DNA of 64,000 nt, taken from the NCBI RefSeq assembly GCF_009914755.1, contig NC_060943.1. The stretch is one strand, 5' to 3'. Made by a program: the position numbers and the translations under genes. This stretch comes from the human T2T-CHM13v2.0 reference genome, Homo sapiens. The notes below the pieces were generated by a model. The model did not search any database. It worked only from the letters and a program-made list of their open reading frames with translations, and was not told the DNA's origin. Of the stretch, positions 1 to 13,391 are shown piece by piece (within the stretch, counting starts at the first letter, position 1; each line of letters starts with the position of its first letter).

Positions 1-79
1 GAACGATCCTTTACACAGAGCAGACTTGAAACACTCTTTTTGTGGAATTTGCAAGTGGAGATATCAGCCGCTTTGAGGT

Positions 80-96
80 CAATGGTAGAATAGGAA
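80..96 (+). other. A-box (pJ-alpha-site-homologous region) of the non-CENP-B monomer, first copy
   Basis: CAATGGTAGAA(T/A)AGGAA sits at the position homologous to the CENP-B box in alternate monomers. Protein binding is not demonstrable from sequence. Confidence 0.7.
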
Positions 97-250
97 ATAT
101 CTTCCTATAGAAACTAGACAGAATGATTCTCAGAAACTCCTTTGTGATGTGTGCGTTCTACTCACAGAGTTTAACCTTTCTTTTCATAGAGCAGTTAGGA
201 AACACTCTGTTTGTAAAGTCTGCAAGTGGATATTCAGACATCTTTGAGAC

Positions 251-267
251 TTTCGTTGGAAACGGGA
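251..267 (+). promoter_or_regulatory. CENP-B box (first copy; recurs about every 340 bp throughout the window)
   Basis: TTTCGTTGGAAACGGGA matches the YTTCGTTGGAARCGGGA consensus with the essential NTTCGNNNNANNCGGGN core intact. Confidence 0.95.
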
Positions 268-804
268 TTTAATCATATTCTGCTAGACAGAAGAATTCCC
301 AGAAACTTCGTTGTGTTGTGTGTTTTCAACTCACAGAGTTCAACGATCCTTTACACAGAGTAGACTTGAAACACTCTTTTTGTGGAATTGGCAGGGTGGA
401 GATTTCAGCCGCTTTGAGGTCAATGGTAGAAAAGGAAATATCTTCGTATAAAAACTAGACAGAGTGATTCTCAGAAACTCCTTTGTGATGTGTGCGTTCA
501 ACTCACAGAGTTTAACCTTTCTTTTCATAGAGCAGTTAGGAAACACTCTGTTTGTAAAAGTCTGCAAGTGGATATTCAGACATCCTTGAGGCTTTCGTTG
601 GAAACGGGATTTCTTCATATTCTGCTAGAAAGAAGAATTCTCAGTAACTTCCCTGTGTTGTGTGTATTCAACTCACAGAGTTGAACGATCCTTTACAGAG
701 AGCAGACTTGAAACACTCTTTTTGTGGAATTTGCAAGTGGAGATTTCAGCCGCTTTGAGGTCAATGGTAGAATAGGAAATATCTTCCTATAGAAACTAGA
801 CAGA

Positions 805-1144
805 ATGATTCTCAGAAACTCCTTTGTGATGTGTGCGTTCAACTCACAGAGTTTAACCTTTCTTTTCATAGAGCAGTTAGGAAACACTCTGTTTGTAAAG
901 TCTGCAAGTGGATATTCAGACCTCCTTGAGGCCTTCGTTGGAAACGGGATTTCTACATATTATGCTAGACAGAAGAATTCTCAGTAACTTCCTTGTGTTG
1001 TGTGTATTCAACTCACAGAGTTGAACGATCATTTACACAGAGCAGACTTGAAACACTCTTTTTGTGGAATTTGCAAGTGGAGATATCAGCCGCTTTGAGG
1101 TCAATGGTAGAATAGGAAATATCTTCCTATAGAAACTAGACAGA
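805..1144 (+). repeat. Representative 340-bp alphoid dimer (CENP-B-box monomer plus A-box monomer)
   Basis: Runs from ATGATTCTCAGAAAC at 805 to the next copy at 1145. Contains CTTCGTTGGAAACGGGA and CAATGGTAGAATAGGAA at homologous positions of the two monomers. Confidence 0.95.
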
Positions 1145-4100
1145 ATGATTCTCAGAAACTCCTTTGTGATGTGTGCGTTCAACTCACAGAGTTTAACCTT
1201 TCTTTTCATAGAGCAGTTAGGAAACACTCTGTTTGTAAAGTCTGCAAGTGGATATTCGGACATCTTTGAGGCTTTCGTTGGAAACGGGATTTCTTCATAT
1301 TCTGCTAGACAGAAGAATTCTCAGTAACTTCCTTCTGTTGTGTGTATTCAACTCACAGAGTTGAACGATCCTTTACACAGAGCAGACTTGAAACACTCTT
1401 TTTGTGGAATTTGCAAGTGGAGATTTCAGCCGCTTTGAGGTCAATGGTAGAATAGGAAATATCTTCCTATAGAAACTAGACAGAATGATTCTCAGAAACT
1501 CCTTTGTGATGTGTGCGTTCAACTCACAGAGTTTAACCTTTCTTTTCATAGAGCAGTTAGGAAACACTCTGTTTGTAAAGTCTGCAAGTGGATATTCAGA
1601 CATCCTTGAGGCTTTCGTTGGAAACGGGATTTCTTCATATTCTGCTAGAAAGAAGAATTCTCAGTAACTTCCTTGTGTTGTGTGTATTCAACTCACAGAG
1701 TTGAATGATCCTTTACACAGAACAGTCTTGAAACACTCTTTTTGTGGAATTTGCTAGTGGAGATTTCAGCCGCTTTGATGTCAATGGTAGAATAGGAAAT
1801 ATCTTCCTATAGAAACTAGACAGAATGATTCTCAGAAACTCCTTTGTGATGTGTGCGTTCAACTCACAGAGTTTAACCTTTCTTTTCATAGAGCAGTTAG
1901 GAAACACTCTGTTTGTAAAGTCTGCAAGTGGATATTCAGACATCCTTGAGGCTTTCCTTGGAAACGGGATTTCTTCATATTCTGCTAGAAAGAAGAATTC
2001 TCAGTAACTTCCTTGTGTTGTGTGTATTCAACTCACAGAGTTGAACGATCCTTTACACAGAGCAGACTTGAAACACTCTTTTTGTGGAATTTGCAAGTGG
2101 AGATATCAGCCGCTTTGAGGTCAATGGTAGAATAGGAAATATCTTCCTATAGAAACTAGACAGAATGATTCTCAGAAACTCCTTTGTGATGTGTGCGTTC
2201 AACTCACAGAGTTTAACCTTTCTTTTCATAGAGCAGTTAGGAAACACTCTGTTTGTAAAGTCTGCATGTGGATATTCAGACATCTTTGAGGCTTTCGTTG
2301 GAAACGGGATTTCTTCATATTCTGCTAGACAGAAGAATTCTCAGTAACTTCCTTCTGTTGTGTGTATTCAACTCACAGAGTTGAACGATCCTTTACACAG
2401 AGCAGACTTGAAACACTCTTTTTGTGGAATTTGCAAGTGGAGATTTCAGCCGCTTTGAGGTCAATGGTAGAAAAGGAAATATCTTCGTATAAAAACTAGA
2501 CAGAGTGATTCTCAGAAACTCCTTTGGGATGTGTGCGTTCAACTCACAGAGTTTAACCTTTCTTTTCATAGAGCAGTTAGGAAACACTCTGTTTGTAAAG
2601 TCTGCAAGTGGATATTCAGACCTCCTTGAGGCCTTCGTTGGAAACGGGATTTCTTCATATTCTGCTATACAGAAGAATTCTCAGAAACTTCCTTGTGTTG
2701 TGTGTATTCAACTCACAGAGTTGAACGATCGTTTACACACAGCAGACTTGAGACACTCTTTTTGTGGAATTTGTAAGTGGAGATTTCAGCCGCTTTGAGG
2801 TCAATGGTAGAAAAGGAAATATCTTCATATAAAAACTAGACAGAATGATTCTCAGAAACTCCTTTGTGATGTGTGCGTTCAACTCACAGAGTTTAACCTT
2901 TCTTTTCATAGAGCAGTTAGGAAACACTCTGTTTGTAAAGTCTGCAAGTGGATATTCAGACCTCTTTGAGGCCTTCGTTGGAAACGGGATTTCTTCATAT
3001 TATGCTAGACAGAAGAATTCTCAGTAACTTCCTTGTGTTGTGTGTATTCAACTCACAGAGTTGAACGATCCTTTACACAGAGCAGACTTGAAACACTCTT
3101 TTTGTGGAATTTGCAAGTGGAGATTTCAGCCGCTTTGAGGTCAATGGTAGAAAAGGAAATATCTTCGTATAAAAACTACACAGAATGATTCTCAGAAACT
3201 CCTTTGTGATGTGTGCGTTCAACTCACAGAGTTTAACCTTTCTTTTCATAGAGCAGTTAGGAAACACTCTGTTTGTAAAGTCTGCAAGTGGATATTCAGA
3301 CCTCCTTGAGGCCTTCGTTGGAAACGGGATTTCTTCATATTATGCTAGACACAAGAATTCTCAGTAACTTCCTTGTGTTGTGTGTATTCAACTCACAGAG
3401 TTGAACCATCCTTTACACAGAGCAGACTTGAAACACTCTTTTTGTGGAATTTGCAAGTGGAGATTTCAGCCGCTTTGAGGTCAATGGTAGAATAGGAAAT
3501 ATCTTCCTATAGAAACTAGACAGAATGATTCTGAGAAACTCCTTTGTGATGTGTGCGTTCAACTCACAGAGTTTAACCTTTCTTTTCATAGAGCAGTTAG
3601 GAAACACTCTGTTTGTAAAGTGTGCAAGTGGATATTCAGACCTCCTTGAGGCCTTCGTTGGAAACGGGATTTCTTCATATTATGCTAGACAGAAGAATTC
3701 TCAGTAACTTCCTTGTGTTGTGTGTATTCAACTCACAGAGTTGAACGATCCTTTACACAGAGCAGACTTGAAACACTCTTTTTGTGGAATTTGCAAGTGG
3801 AGATATCAGCCGCTTTGAGGTCAATGGTAGAATAGGAAATATCTTCCTATAGAAACTAGACAGAATGATTCTCAGAAACTCCTTTGTGATGTGTGCGTTC
3901 TACTCACAGAGTTTAACCTTTCTTTTCATAGAGCAGTTAGGAAACACTCTGTTTGTAAAGTCTGCAAGTGGATATTCAGACATCTTTGAGACTTTCGTTG
4001 GAAACGGGATTTCATCATATTCTGCTAGACAGAAGAATTCCCAGAAACTTCGTTGTGTTGTGTGTTTTCAACTCACAGAGTTCAACGATCCTTTACACAG

Positions 4101-7100
4101 AGTAGACTTGAAACACTCTTTTTGTGGAATTGGCAGGGTGGAGATTTCAGCCGCTTTGAGGTCAATGGTAGAAAAGGAAATATCTTCGTATAAAAACTAG
4201 ACAGAGTGATTCTCAGAAACTCCTTTGTGATGTGTGCGTTCAACTCACAGAGTTTAACCTTTCTTTTCATAGAGCAGTTAGGAAACACTCTGTTTGTAAA
4301 AGTCTGCAAGTGGATATTCAGACATCCTTGAGGCTTTCGTTGGAAACGGGATTTCTTCATATTCTGCTAGAAAGAAGAATTCTCAGTAACTTCCCTGTGT
4401 TGTGTGTATTCAACTCACAGAGTTGAACGATCCTTTACAGAGAGCAGACTTGAAACACTCTTTTTGTGGAATTTGCAAGTGGAGATTTCAGCCGCTTTGA
4501 GGTCAATGGTAGAATAGGAAATATCTTCCTATAGAAACTAGACAGAATGATTCTCAGAAACTCCTTTGTGATGTGTGCGTTCAACTCACAGAGTTTAACC
4601 TTTCTTTTCATAGAGCAGTTAGGAAACACTCTGTCTGTAAAGTCTGCAAGTGGATATTCAGACCTCCTTGAGGCCTTCGTTGGAAACGGGATTTCTACAT
4701 ATTATGCTAGACAGAAGAATTCTCAGTAACTTCCTTGTGTTGTGTGTATTCAACTCACAGAGTTGAACGATCATTTACACAGAGCAGACTTGAAACACTC
4801 TTTTTGTGGAATTTGCAAGTGGAGATTTCAGCCTCTTTGAGGTCAATGGTAGAATAGGAAATATCTTCCTATAGAAACTAGACAGAATGATTCTCAGAAA
4901 CTCCTTTGGGATGTCTGCGTTCAACTCACAGAGTTTAACCTTTCTTTTCATAGAGCAGTTAGGAAACACTCTGTTTGTAAAGTCTGCAAGTGGATATTCA
5001 GACCTCCTTGAGGCCTTCGTTGGAAACGGGATTTCTTCATATTCTGCTATACAGAAGAATTCTCAGAAACTTCCTTGTGTTGTGTGTATTCAACTCACAG
5101 AGTTGAACGATCGTTTACACACAGCAGACTTGAGACACTCTTTTTGTGGAATTTGTAAGTGGAGATTTCAGCCGCTTTGAGGTCAATGGTAGAAAAGGAA
5201 ATATCTTCATATAAAAACTAGACAGAATGATTCTCAGAAACTCCTTTGTGATGTGTGCGTTCAACTCACAGAGTTTAACCTTTCTTTTCATAGAGCAGTT
5301 AGGAAACACTCTGTTTGTAAAGTCTGCAAGTGGATATTCAGACCTCTTTGAGGCCTTCGTTGGAAACGGGATTTCTTCATATTATGCTAGACAGAAGAAT
5401 TCTCAGTAACTTCCTTGTGTTGTGTGTATTCAACTCACAGAGTTGAACGATCCTTTACACAGAGCAGACTTGAAACACTCTTTTTGTGGAATTTGCAAGT
5501 GGAGATTTCAGCCGCTTTGAGGTCAATGGTAGAAAAGGAAATATCTTCGTATAAAAACTAGACAGAATGATTCTCAGAAACTCCTTTGTGATGTGTGCGT
5601 TCAACTCACAGAGTTTAACCTTTCTTTTCATAGAGCAGTTAGGAAACACTCTGTTTGTAAAGTCTGCAAGTGGATATTCAGACCTCCTTGAGGCCTTCGT
5701 TGGAAACGGGATTTCTTCATATTATGCTAGACACAAGAATTCTCAGTAACTTCCTTGTGTTGTGTGTATTCAACTCACAGAGTTGAACGATCCTTTACAC
5801 AGAGCAGACTTGAAACACTCTTTTTGTGGAATTTGCAAGTGGAGATTTCAGCCGCTTTGAGGTCAATGGTAGAATAGGAAATATCTTCCTATAGAAACTA
5901 GACAGAATGATTCTGAGAAACTCCTTTGTGATGTGTGCGTTCAACTCACAGAGTTTAACCTTTCTTTTCATAGAGCAGTTAGGAAACACTCTGTTTGTAA
6001 AGTGTGCAAGTGGATATTCAGAACTCCTTGAGGCCTTCGTTGGAAACGGGATTTCTTCATATTATGCTAGACAGAAGAATTCTCAGTAACTTCCTTGTGT
6101 TGTGTGTATTCAACTCACAGAGTTGAACGATCCTTTACACAGAGCAGACTTGAAACACTCTTTTTGTGGAATTTGCAAATGGAGATATCAGCCGCTTTGA
6201 GGTCAATGGTAGAATAGGAATTATCTTCCTATAGAAACTAGACAGAATGATTCTCAGAAACTCCTTTGTGATGTGTGCGTTCAACTCACAGAGTTTAACC
6301 TTTCTTTTCATAGAGCAGTTAGGAAACACTCTGTTTGTAAAGTCTGCAAGTGGATATTCAGACCTCCTTGAGGCTTTCGTTGGAAACGGGATTTCTTCAT
6401 ATTCTGCTAGAAAGAAGAATTCTCAGTAACTTCCTTGTGTTGTGTGTATTCAACTCACAGAGTTGAATGATCCTTTACTCAGAACAGTCTTGAAACACTC
6501 TTTTTGTGGAATTTGCAAGTGGAGATTTCAGCCGCTTTGAGGTCAATGGTAGAATAGGAAATATCTTCCTATAGAAACTAGACAGAATGATTCTCAGAAA
6601 CTCCTTTGTGATGTGTGCGTTCTACTCACAGAGTTTCACCTTTCTTTTCATAGAGCAGTTAGGAAACACTCTGTTTGTAAAGTCTGCAAGTGGATATTCA
6701 GACATCTTTGAGACTTTCGTTGGAAACGGGATTTCATCATATTCTACTAGACAGAAGAATTCCCAGAAACTTCGTTGTGTTGTGTGATTTCAACTCACAG
6801 AGTTCAACGATCCTTTACACAGAGTAGACTTGAAACACTCTTTTTGTGGAATTGGCAGGGTGGAGATTTCAGCCGCTTTGAGGTCAATGGTAGAAAAGGA
6901 AATATCTTCGTATAAAAACTAGACAGAGTGATTCTCAGAAACTCCTTTGTGATGTGTGCGTTCAACTCACAGAGTTTAACCTTTCTTTTCATAGAGCAGT
7001 TAGGAAACACTCTGTTTGTAAAGTCTGCAACTGGATATTCAGACATCCTTGAGGCTTTCGTTGGAAACGGGATTTCTTCATATTCTGCTAGAAAGAAGAA

Positions 7101-7267
7101 TAATCAGTAACTTCCCTGTGTTGTGTGTATTCAACTCACAGAGTTGAACGATCCTTTACAGAGAGCAGACTTGAAACACTCTTTTTGTGGAATTTGCAAG
7201 TGGAGATTTCAGCCGCTTTGAGGTCAATGGTAGAATAGGAAATATCTTCCTATAGAAACTAGACAGA

Positions 7268-10200
7268 ATGATTCTCAGAAACTCCTTTGTGATGTGTGCG
7301 TTCAACTCACAGAGTTTAACCTTTCTTTTCATAGAGCAGTTAGGAAACACTCTGTTTGTAAAGTCTGCAAGTGGATATTCAGACCTCCTTGAGGCCTTCG
7401 TTGGAAACGGGATTTCGACATATTATGCTAGACAGAAGAATTCTCAGTAACTTCCTTGTGTTGTGTGTATTCAACTCACAGGGTTGAACGATCCTTTACA
7501 CAGAGCAGACTTGAAACACTCTTTTTGTGGAATTTGCAAGTGGAGATTTCAGCCGATTTGAGGTCAATGGTAGAATAGGAAATATCTTCCTATAGAAACT
7601 AGACAGAATGATTCTGAGAAACTCCTTTGTGAAGTGTGCATTCAACTCACAGAGTTTAACCTTTCTTTTCATAGAGCAGTTAGGAAACACTCTGCTTGTA
7701 AAGTCTGCAAGTGGATACTCAGACCTCCTTGAGGCCTTCGTTGGAAACGGGATTTCTTCCTATTATGCTAGACAGAAGAATTCTCAGTAACTTCCTTGTG
7801 TTGTGTGTATTCAGCTCACACAGTTGAATGATCCTTTACACAGAGCAGACTTGAAACACTCTTTTTGTGGAATTTGCAAGTGGAGATTTCAGCCGCTTTG
7901 AGGTCAATGGTAGAATAGGAAATAACTTCCTATAGAAACTAGACAGAATGATTCTCAGAAACTCCTTTGTGATGTGTGCGTTCAACTCACAGAGTTTAAC
8001 CTTTCTTTTCATAGAGCAGTTAGGAAACACTCTGTTTGTAAAGTCTGCAAGTGGATATTCAGACATCTTTGAGGCTTTCGTTGGAAACGGGATTTATTCA
8101 TATTCTGCTAGACAGAAGAATTCTCAGAAACTTCGTTGTGTTGTGTGTTTTCAACTCACAGAGTTCAACGATCCTTTACACAGAGTAGATTTGAAACACT
8201 CTTTTTGTGGAATTGGCAGGGTGGAGATTTCAGCCGCTTTGAGGTCAATGGTAGAAAAGGAAATATCTTCGTATAAAAACTAGACAGAGTGATTCTCAGA
8301 AACTCCTTTGGGATGTCTGCGTTCAACTCACAGAGTTTAACCTTTCTTTTCATAGAGCAGTTAGGAAACACTCTGTTTGTAAAGTCTGCAAGTGGATATT
8401 CAGACCTCCTTGAGGCCTTCGTTGGAAACGGGATTTCTTCATATTCTGCTATACAGAAGAATTCTCAGAAACTTCCTTGTGTTGGGTGTATTCAACTCAC
8501 AGAGTTGAACGATCCTTTACACAGAGCAGACTTGAAACACTCTTTTTGTGGAATTTGCAAGTGGAGATTTCAGCCGCTTTGAGGTCAATGGTAGAAAAGG
8601 AAATATCTTCGTATAAAAACTAGACAGAGTGATTCTCAGAAACTCCTTTGTGATGTGTGCGTTCAACTCACAGAGTTTAACCTTTCTTTTCATAGAGCAG
8701 TTAGGAAACACTCTGTTTGTAAAGTCTGCAAGTGGATATTCAGACCTCCTTGAGGCCTTCGTTGGAAACGGGATTTCTACATATTATGCTAGACAGAAGA
8801 ATTCTCAGTAACTTCCTTGTGTTGTGTGTATTCAACTCACAGAGTTGAACGATCCTTTACACAGAGCAGACTTGAAACACTCTTTTTGTGGAATTTGCAA
8901 GTGGAGATTTCAGCCTCTTTGAGGTCAATGGTAGAATAGGAAATATCTTCCTATAGAAACTAGACAGAATGATTCTGAGAAACTCCTTTGTGATGTGTGC
9001 ATTCAACTCACAGAGTTTAACCTTTCTTTTCATAGAGCAGTTAGGAAACACTCTGCTTGTAAAGTCTGCAAGTGGATACTCAGACCTCCTTGAGGCCTTC
9101 GTTGGAAACGGGATTTCTTCCTATTATGCTAGACAGAAGAATTCTCAGTAACTTCCTTGTGTTGTGTGTATTCAACTCACAGAGTTGAATGATCCTTTAC
9201 ACAGAGCAGACTTGAAACACTCTTTTTGTGGAATTTGCAAGTGGAGATTTCAGCCGCTTTGAGGTCAATGGTAGAATAGGAAATAACTTCCTATAGAAAA
9301 TAGACAGAATGATTCTCAGAAACTCCTTTATGATGTGTGCGTTCAACTCACAGAGTTTAACCTTTCTTTTCATAGAGCAGTTAGGAAACACTCTGTTTGT
9401 AAAGTCTGCAAGTGGATATTCAGACATCTTTGAGGCTTTCGTTGGAAACGGGATTTCTACATATTCTGCTAGACAGAAGAATTCTCAGAAACTTCGTTGT
9501 GTTGTGTGTTTTCAACTCACAGAGTTCAACGATACTTTACACAGAGTAGATTTGAAACACTCTTTTTGTGGAATTGGCAGGGTGGAGATTTCAGCCGCTT
9601 TGAGGTCAATGGTAGAAAAGGAAATATCTTCGTATAAAAACTAGACAGAGTGATTCTCAGAAACTCCTTTGGGATGTCTGCGTTCAACTCACAGAGTTTA
9701 ACCTTTCTTTTCATAGAGCAGTTAGGAAACACTCTGTTTGTAAAGTCTGCAAGTGGATATTCAGACCTCCTTGAGGCCTTCGTTGGAAACGGGATTTCTT
9801 CATATTCTGCTATACAGAAGAATTCTCAGAAACTTCCTTGTGTTGTGTGTATTCAACTCACAGAGTTGAACGATCGTTTACACACAGCGGACTTGAGACA
9901 CTCTTTTTGTGGAATTTGTAAGTGGAGATTTCAGCCGCTTTGAGGTCAATGGTAGAAAAGGAAATATCTTCATATAAAAACTAGACAGAATGATTCTCAG
10001 AAACTCCTTTGTGATGTGTGCGTTCAACTCACAGAGTTTAACCTTTCTTTTCATAGAGCAGTTAGGAAACACTCTGTTTGTAAAGTCTGCAAGTGGATAT
10101 TCAGACCTCTTTGAGGCCTTCGTTGGAAACGGGATTTCTTCATATTATGCTAGACAGAAGAATTCTCAGTAACTTCCTTGTGTTGTGTGTATTCAACTCA

Positions 10201-13200
10201 CAGAGTTGAACGATCCTTTACACAGAGCAGACTTGAAACACTCTTTTTGTGGAATTTGCAAGTGGAGATTTCAGCCGCTTTGAGGTCAATGGTAGAAAAG
10301 GAAATATCTTCGTATAAAAACTAGACAGAATGATTCTCAGAAACTCCTTTGTGATGTGTGCGTTCAACTCACAGAGTTTAACCTTTCTTTTCATAGAGCA
10401 GTTAGGAAACACTCTGTTTGTAAAGTCTGCAAGTGGATATTCAGACCTCCTTGAGGCCTTCGTTGGAAACGGGATTTCTTCATATTATGCTAGACACAAG
10501 AATTCTCAGTAACTTCCTTGTGTTGTGTGTATTCAACTCACAGAGTTGAACGATCCTTTACACAGAGCAGACTTGAAACACTCTTTTTGTGGAATTTGCA
10601 AGTGGAGATTTCAGCCGCTTTGAGTTCAATGGTAGAATAGGAAATATCTTCCTATAGAAACTAGACAGAATGATTCTCAGAAACTCCTTTGTGATGTGTG
10701 CGTTCAACTCACAGAGTTTAACCTTTCTTTTCATAGAGCAGTTAGGAAACACTCTGTTTGTAAAGTCTGCAAGTGGATATTCAGACATCTTTGAGGCTTT
10801 CGTTGGAAACGGGATTTCTTCATATTCTGCTAGACAGAAGAATTCTCAGTAACTTCCTTGTGTTGTGTGTATTCAACTCACAGAGTTGAACGATCCTTTA
10901 CACAGAGCAGACTTGAAACACTCTTTTTGTGGAATTTCCAAGTGGAGATTTCAGCCGCTTTGAGGTCAATGGTAGAATAGGAAATATCTTCCTATAGAAA
11001 CTAGACAGAATGATTCTCAGAAACTCCTTTGTGATGTGTGCGTTCAACTCACAGAGTTTAACCTTTCTTTTCATAGAGCAGTTAGGAAACACTCTGTTTG
11101 TAAAGTCTGCAAGTGGATATTCAGACATCCTTCACGCTTTCGTTGGAAACGGGATTTCTTCATATTCTGCTAGAAAGAAGAATTCTCAGTAACTTCCTTG
11201 TGTTGTGTGTATTCAACTCACAGAGTTGAATGATCCTTTACACAGAACAGTCTTGAAACACTCTTTTTGTGGAATTTGCAAGTGGAGATTTCAGCCGCTT
11301 TGATGTCAATGGTAGAATAGGAAATATCTTCCTATAGAAACTAGACAGAATGATTCTCAGAAACTCCTTTGTGATGTGTGCGTTCAACTCACAGAGATCA
11401 ACCTTTCTTTTCATAGAGCAGTTAGGAAACACTCTGTTTGTAAAGTCTGCAAGTGGATATTCAGACATCTTTGAGGCTTTCGTTGGAAACGTGATTTCTT
11501 CATATTCTGCTAGACAGAAGAATTCTCAGAAACTTCGTTGTGTTGTGTGTTTTCAACTCACAGAGTTCAACGATCCTTTACACAGAGTAGACTTGAAACA
11601 CTCTTTTTGTGGAATTGGCAGGGTGGAGATTTCAGCCGCTTTGAGGTCAATGGTAGAAAAGGAAATATCTTCGTATAAAAACTAGACAGAGTGATTCTCA
11701 GAAACTCCTTTGTGATGTCTGCGTTTAACTCACAGAGTTTAACCTTTCTTTTCATAGAGCAGTTAGGAAACACTCTGTTTGTAAAGTCTGCAAGTGGATA
11801 TTCAGACCTCCTTGAGGCCTTCGTTGGAAACGGGATTTCTTCATATTATGCTAGACACAAGAATTCTCAGTAACTTCCTTGTGTTGTGTGTATTCAACTC
11901 ACAGAGTTGAACGATCCTTTACACAGAGCAGACTTGAAACACTCTTTTTGTGGAATTTGCAAGTGGAGATTTCAGCCGCTTTGAGGTCAATGGTAGAATA
12001 GGAAATATCTTCCTATAGAAACTAGACAGAATGATTCTCAGAAACTCCTTTGTGATGTGTGCGTTCAACTCACAGAGTTTAACCTTTCTTTTCATAGAGC
12101 AGTTAGGAAACACTCTGTTTGTAAAGTCTGCAAGTGGATATTCAGACATCTTTGAGGCTTTCGTTGGAAACGGGATTTCTTCATATTCTGCTAGACAGAA
12201 GAATTCTCAGTAACTTCCTTCTGTTGTGTGTATTCAACTCACAGAGTTGAACGATCCTTTACACAGAGCAGACTTGAAACACTCTTTTTGTGGAATTTGC
12301 AAGTGGAGATTTCAGCCGCTTTGAGGTCAATGGTAGAATAGGAAATATCTTCCTATAGAAACTAGACAGAATGATTCTCAGAAACTCCTTTGTGATGTGT
12401 GCGTTCAACTCACAGAGTTTAACCTTTCTTTTCATAGAGCAGTTAGGAAACACTCTGTTTGTAAAGTCTGCAAGTGGATATTCAGACATCCTTGAGGCTT
12501 TCGTTGGAAACGGGATTTCTTCATATTCTGCTAGAAAGAAGAATTCTCAGTAACTTCCTTGTGTTGTGTGTATTCAACTCACAGAGTTGAATGATCCTTT
12601 ACACAGAACAGTCTTGAAACACTCTTTTTGTGGAATTTGCTAGTGGAGATTTCAGCCGCTTTGATGTCAATGGTAGAATAGGAAATATCTTCCTATAGAA
12701 ACTAGACAGAATGATTCTCAGAAACTCCTTTGTGATGTGTGCGTTCAACTCACAGAGTTTAACCTTTCTTTTCATAGAGCAGTTAGGAAACACTCTGTTT
12801 GTAAAGTCTGCAAGTGGATATTCAGACATCTTTGAGGCTTTCGTTGGAAACGGGATTTCTTCATATTCTGCAAGACAGAAGAATTCTCAGAAACTTCGTT
12901 GTGTTGTGTGTTTTCAACTCACAGAGTTCAACGATCCTTTACACAGAGTAGACTTGAAACACTCTTTTTGTGGAATTGGCAGGGTGGAGATTTCAGCCGC
13001 TTTGAGGTCAATGGTAGAAAAGGAAATATCTTCGTATAAAAACTAGACAGAGTGATTCTCAGAAACTCCTTTGTGATGTCTGCGTTTAACTCACAGAGTT
13101 TAACCTTTCTTTTCATAGAGCAGTTAGGAAACACTCTGTTTGTAAAGTCTGCAAGTGGATATTCAGACCTCCTTGAGGCCTTCGTTGGAAACGGGATTTC

Positions 13201-13391
13201 TTCATATTATGCTAGACAGAAGAATTCTCAGTAACTTCCTTGTGTTGTGTGTATTCAACTCACAGAGTTGAACGATCCTTTACACAGAGCAGACTTGAAA
13301 CACTCTTTTTGTGGAATTTGCAAGTGGAGATTTCAGCCGCTTTGAGGTCAATGGTAGAATAGGAAATATCTTCCTATAGAAACTAGACAGA
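7268..13391 (+). repeat. Zone of 1,361-bp (4-dimer, 8-monomer) periodicity
   Basis: Offsets of 1,361 at 7268/8629, 7608/8969, 7948/9309, 8289/9650 and at 10330/11691, 11350/12711, 11691/13052. Confidence 0.8.
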
